From Takakia lepidozioides (Eukaryota > Plantae > Bryophyta): DNA of 64,000 nucleotides. Within the stretch, counting starts at the first letter, position 1. Every line of letters begins with the position of its first letter. The stretch spans positions 19,282,001 through 19,346,000 of the forward strand of contig CM060734.1 in NCBI GenBank assembly GCA_030704615.1, given 5' to 3'. Both the position numbers and the translations under genes were made by a program. Of the stretch, positions 59,801 to 64,000 are shown piece after piece. The notes under the pieces are model-generated. The model did not search any database. It was not told the origin of the DNA and was given only the letters and a program-made list of their open reading frames with translations.

Positions 59801-62800
59801 CCAATCCTGCAGGCAATACCAACTGAGCATCAGATCACAATACAAATTGTCAACAAAATCACTAGATGCTATGGTTGTGTTTTTGGGCTCCTCTACAATA
59901 ACAGTTTGATACCCTTTAACCCCTGCTACCTATTCACCAAGATCCCTGTGTTTTCTCCTCTGTGGCCACCAAACAGCAGTACTCCCAAGAAATATCTTGT
60001 AGAGTCCCTCTCTAACATTAAGGTTACAAGTCTCAAGGATTCAGCAGGCAATCAGTCTCCATGGGGCAAATGGGAGAGATTTCAGTGCGCTGAATGCTAT
60101 GCCTCGCCTGTCCTACAGAAGATTGACAGGAGATTGGAGACTGGTGAACATTTCTTCTTTTGCTATCCACACTCTGAAATCAGAGGCTGCTTCTACCGTC
60201 TCTTCAGAGGCAGCCAATCCCTGACAAAAGATCATCCATTATGAGGACCAGTGATGCGTGGAAAAATATCTAAATGAGGCTCTTAGACTTGGAGAATGTC
60301 TCAATAGAGTACATCTTGGGGTTGTTTAGGACCCCAGTTTCCCATAAGCTCTTTGAGCTTCCTGCAAGCATGATAAAGTCCCTATCCTTCATTGTTTTTG
60401 GGCTGCTTGTGCATGGCACCACTCTTCAACTTGTTTCATACTTTTCCCTGTCCCATAAGCTCGTGCAATGTTATAAAGTAGCATTTGTCTTGGAAGACTT
60501 CCACCCTCATGTACATAGAACTATTTAAGTTTCCAGAGATTGGATGCTCCAGAGGGTGGGAGCCATACCTTCAAGCAGTAAATAAGCTCTTCATTGTTGT
60601 TGCTGGACAAACACAAGTTCTCAACCACCATGCTGATGATTGATGCCAGTTCCTGAAATTCAGAAATTTATCCACCCTCTCAACCACATGGGAAACCAAG
60701 GTTTGTGCTGACTTCACTTCACTTTATTATTTGTTCTTATGCATGTTGGTTGCAGATGAATGATACTAGCCAGAGATTTTGGGATAATTCCCCCAAAGAA
60801 ACCAGGATTTACTTAATAGCCCGAAATTTGCAGTTGCATTGTGTAAGCACCAACCAAGATGATAAACTCAATGTGTGGTTTGCAAGCTTAAAACCTTCTC
60901 CATCACCACTCGTAAGGAAACAACAGCAATTTGTGACAAGCCTTTCTGGAACCCAGACAACCAGCATGCCAAGATTAGAACATACCAAAGGTCCAGCATT
61001 TGATAGCCCCTCGAAACCCCTCTCAACTGCAGTTCGAACTGTCGAGTCAAGGGCCAGGTCCAAGAAAATGATATCCCGCAGTCGGTCATGAGGTTGTTGA
61101 AGAGTGGGCCGCAGCTCCCTCCGTGCTTCCAGTAGTCCCTACATTACTCATTCTGAAGTTAGCCATAGTTAAGGGTGCTTTAACAGAAAGTGGAAAATAG
61201 ATTGCCTTAGCACTGGTGTCCAAGTAGCATAACTAACTTTACCCCCAGTGCTCTTGAATCTTTAATAAAGTACAAAATAGTGTAACATTTGCCTGATTGT
61301 CTCCAAAATCTGGAGTCAGAACTTAGAAATTACTCATGTCCTGAGATGACATCTATGTGTTCGAAGTCTGGACAGATGAATAGTTCAGGTGAACTCACTT
61401 CAAGTAAAGGGATTACTTCCTTGTCTTCCACGTGCTCCAATACAAATTGGAGGAGATCCTTCATTCCACAAATGCATACCACATTACCCACCAGCTGTGA
61501 GAATTCTCTATTGTATACTCCAGTGTCCAAGAAGGACATAAGCTTATTGACAGGCAGCAAAACATTCTCTTTGACAAGTTACCCTCCGCAACTTAGTGTG
61601 ATAAAAGTTTGGTAGACATTTGGGTGATTGGTGATAGACATAATGTACCGGCAGAGCGGATGACAATCCACTAATTGGAGAGATCTTCACACCTTTCATG
61701 AACCCACTTCCCTGCAGCATACAGCAAATTCCTGATGAGATTGATTATCATAAAGGCTGAAACAAGCTCGTTGCTCTCACATACCTAGTCAGGCAGAATT
61801 TTTCCTTGAAATGACTTACTGAGCAAATTCTACATCTATCCAGATTTTTCCTTGAAATCTACTGCAGCCAATTGGTGGAGAACCTTTACTTGATCACCTG
61901 TCACGGACAAAACACCTTCCTTAAAGACACTGCCCAAAAAGGTTCTAAAACATGCTGTCCCCAGTACTAGACGTTGTATGGGATAGAAAACCCTACAGAA
62001 TCATGAGCAATAAGGATCAGTTGACACCTGTGAAGAATAACCCATGCACGTTTGAATGGCAGATTCCAGGTCTGCTCCCGAGTGCACAGCCTGGCACCAT
62101 CCCTTCCTTGTCAGCATGCACAGGCAGAGACCATCGAACATATGGCTAGCCTCTCGAAAAACTTGCTATATGTCCAGTAGGTATATTATCACTCTCCTGA
62201 ATTAAGTTGTAATTTAGGGAATTAAAAGAATGGAATGGAATGGAACTTTATAACATCCGCAGAAATGAAATGAAATGGTACTTTATAATGTCCACGGAAA
62301 GCTCAAAGAGCTTATGGGACAAGAGATAGAAAGAAAACATGAAAGAGAGGGGTCCTCCACAAGCAGCCAAAGCAACCTTATAATGACCACAGGGGTCCAC
62401 AAGGGCCCATAGGACAGGGTGGAGCAAATAATGGTACTTTATACCATCCACAGCAAGCTCAAAGAGCTTATGGGAGAGAAATGAAATGAAATGGTACTAT
62501 ATAACATCCGCGGCAAGCTCAAAGAGCTTATGGGACCAAATGGAAAAAACAAGAGAAATGAAATGAAACAAAACCAGAGACAAAAAAAAGCCCAAAAGCA
62601 ACTACTGCTCAAGGGATTGTCTAAGGGTCAAGGCCTTGTGCAGGTAAGCTGCCAAGCAATTCTGATCCTCATAGAAGAAATGAAATGAAATGAAATGAAA
62701 GTAAAGTCCACCAGAGAGAAGTAAGGAGCCAAGTACTCTTGATCTTAATTATGAATGACTTTGCAAAGGCAATTGTATCTCCCTCTAATCCATAATATAT

Positions 62801-64000
62801 GGCAGGAAAAAAAGAAATGATGTTTTGTCTCTGCTTCCCGAGGTTTGAAAATTGGACTGAACTTGCAACGTTAAGCAGCAAGTAAATCGATAATAATAAT
62901 CCCTCAGGGACAAAGCACACAAGTCCAACTATATCCAAAATTTTCAATCAATCGCCACTTCAGATACATAGCACAGACCTTCAAAGTTCGCAAATAAGCT
63001 GTTAGGTCGCGGATGAGACCATCCTTCTGATCAGGCCTTAGTTTGGGCTCTGACTGTATGGATCGGTCATAGCTTCTCATTCGCTCTTTTGTGACTCCAT
63101 TTTCATTCAAAGTCTTCCAGTAGGCCTCCATACTGAAGTCACTTCGAATGTGATCCAGAAGCGCCTGAATTCACATATATGGGGCTTGAATTAAGCACAT
63201 AACAGAACACAGCATGCCTTCATATGTTGAGAAAGAACCCTAACCTGCAACCAAATCATGACCTTTTCCAACCAAGAAGGTAGGAGAGTCACGCGAGGAC
63301 AAAGTAGGATACCTGGCAAATGACAACATCATCAGGGCTGGTATTGTTATGAAGCTTCTGGTGCCACTCCTCCATCATTCCACCTGCACAATCATTGTTG
63401 CGCTGCATTCCCACATTCCATTGCATGAGCTATGTATATAGAGTCCTCTCCTATTCACTGCATTTAACGAATGCACAGACTACCCCTTCACTACATAATA
63501 GTTGCCTGCACTAAAAATTAAGGTAGGGAAGAAGACCAAAATTCAAATATACATCAACAGAGGTCCCAACAGCATGGAAATGAGATGAAATGAAATGGAC
63601 AAAGCAGAAAGGCAAGCAAGCACTTTATGTCCACAGGCAGCACAATAAAGAGAGAACACGAAGGAAATTTTATCACCACAGGAGGCCGCAATGTCTCATC
63701 GGACAAATCTTTGTGATCAGCCCTCAGATACAGAGTGGTCTGCCTGAACTTATCTGAGAGGAGAAAAATAACACCTGAATAACAAGAATTTCATCACGAA
63801 TGCGCTGCCCAACATCACCCTCTCCTCCACGACCCACAGTAGTCATTATAAGGCGAATCAATTCCCGATTCTCAGGTTGGTCACGGTACATGCCCTGCAG
63901 TAAACCCGTGAGCCTATCCTGTGCAGCACTAATCTCCCTGCCAGACCATCACATTTCAACAGTAGAACTGCCTTAGTAAGACTGCTATACTAACACAAAC
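53838..64000 (-). CDS. GWD: Alpha-glucan water dikinase, 3' part (5' exons beyond window)
   Basis: Exons encode GRGGEGDVGQRIRDEIL, EWHQKLHNNTSPDD, AVHSGADLESA, the phosphohistidine PDVLSHVSVRARN, WASKWNERAY and DIEGVIKDGELYIVQTRPQM*. Confidence 0.96.
55289..55417 (+). mobile_element. LINE family A short copy (GWD intron)
   Basis: TSD TCTCTATAGATTCT at 55275-55288 and 55418-55431. Confidence 0.85.
58455..58850 (-). mobile_element. Cluster of LINE family B 3' tails
   Basis: GAAATGAAATGGT..GGAAAGCTCAAAGAGCTTATGG repeated. Confidence 0.75.
60100..60480 (+). mobile_element. LINE family B 3' fragment and tails
   Basis: ETGEHFFFCYP..EIRGCFYRLF matches the end of the 36961 ORF; CCCATAAGCTCTTTGAGCTT. 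Confidence 0.75.
62225..62600 (-). mobile_element. Tandem stack of about 4 LINE family B 3' tails (GWD intron)
   Basis: Repeated (GAAAT)n-GGTACTTTATA..AAGCTCAAAGAGCTTATGGG. Confidence 0.8.

Noticed and set aside
62225-62600. CRISPR-like array of hairpin repeats
   Set aside because: Spacing is irregular, the repeats match the LINE B 3' end, they lie in a eukaryotic intron and there are no cas genes.

Overview
Eukaryotic nuclear DNA from a land plant. A non-flowering lineage (bryophyte, lycophyte or fern) is likely but cannot be fixed from the sequence. Bases 1-8963 are the internal region and 3' end of a Ty3/Gypsy LTR retrotransposon; its 5' LTR lies outside the window. Its polyprotein order is Gag(2x zinc knuckle)-protease-DNMT3-like C5 cytosine methyltransferase-RT-RNaseH-integrase-PHD finger, and this copy is broken by single-base indels and one stop. 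This is the main finding. About 9.2-16.8 kb is a decayed gene-carrying block. It holds a Pol II CTD-like heptad ORF, a spliced ParB-like/amino-MTase-like gene, an FCP1/NIF phosphatase-like pseudogene and a recurring 24-bp dyad. A CACTA end and a related LTR remnant follow. The rest is host gene space: a spliced psq/CENP-B HTH gene without transposase, FAAH, an ABCB pseudogene fragment, a PLS-DYW PPR gene, an intronless B3 gene and the 3' part of glucan water dikinase. Introns and spacers carry two LINE families and a tRNA-like SINE. All coordinates and alignments were read by eye; no searches were run.
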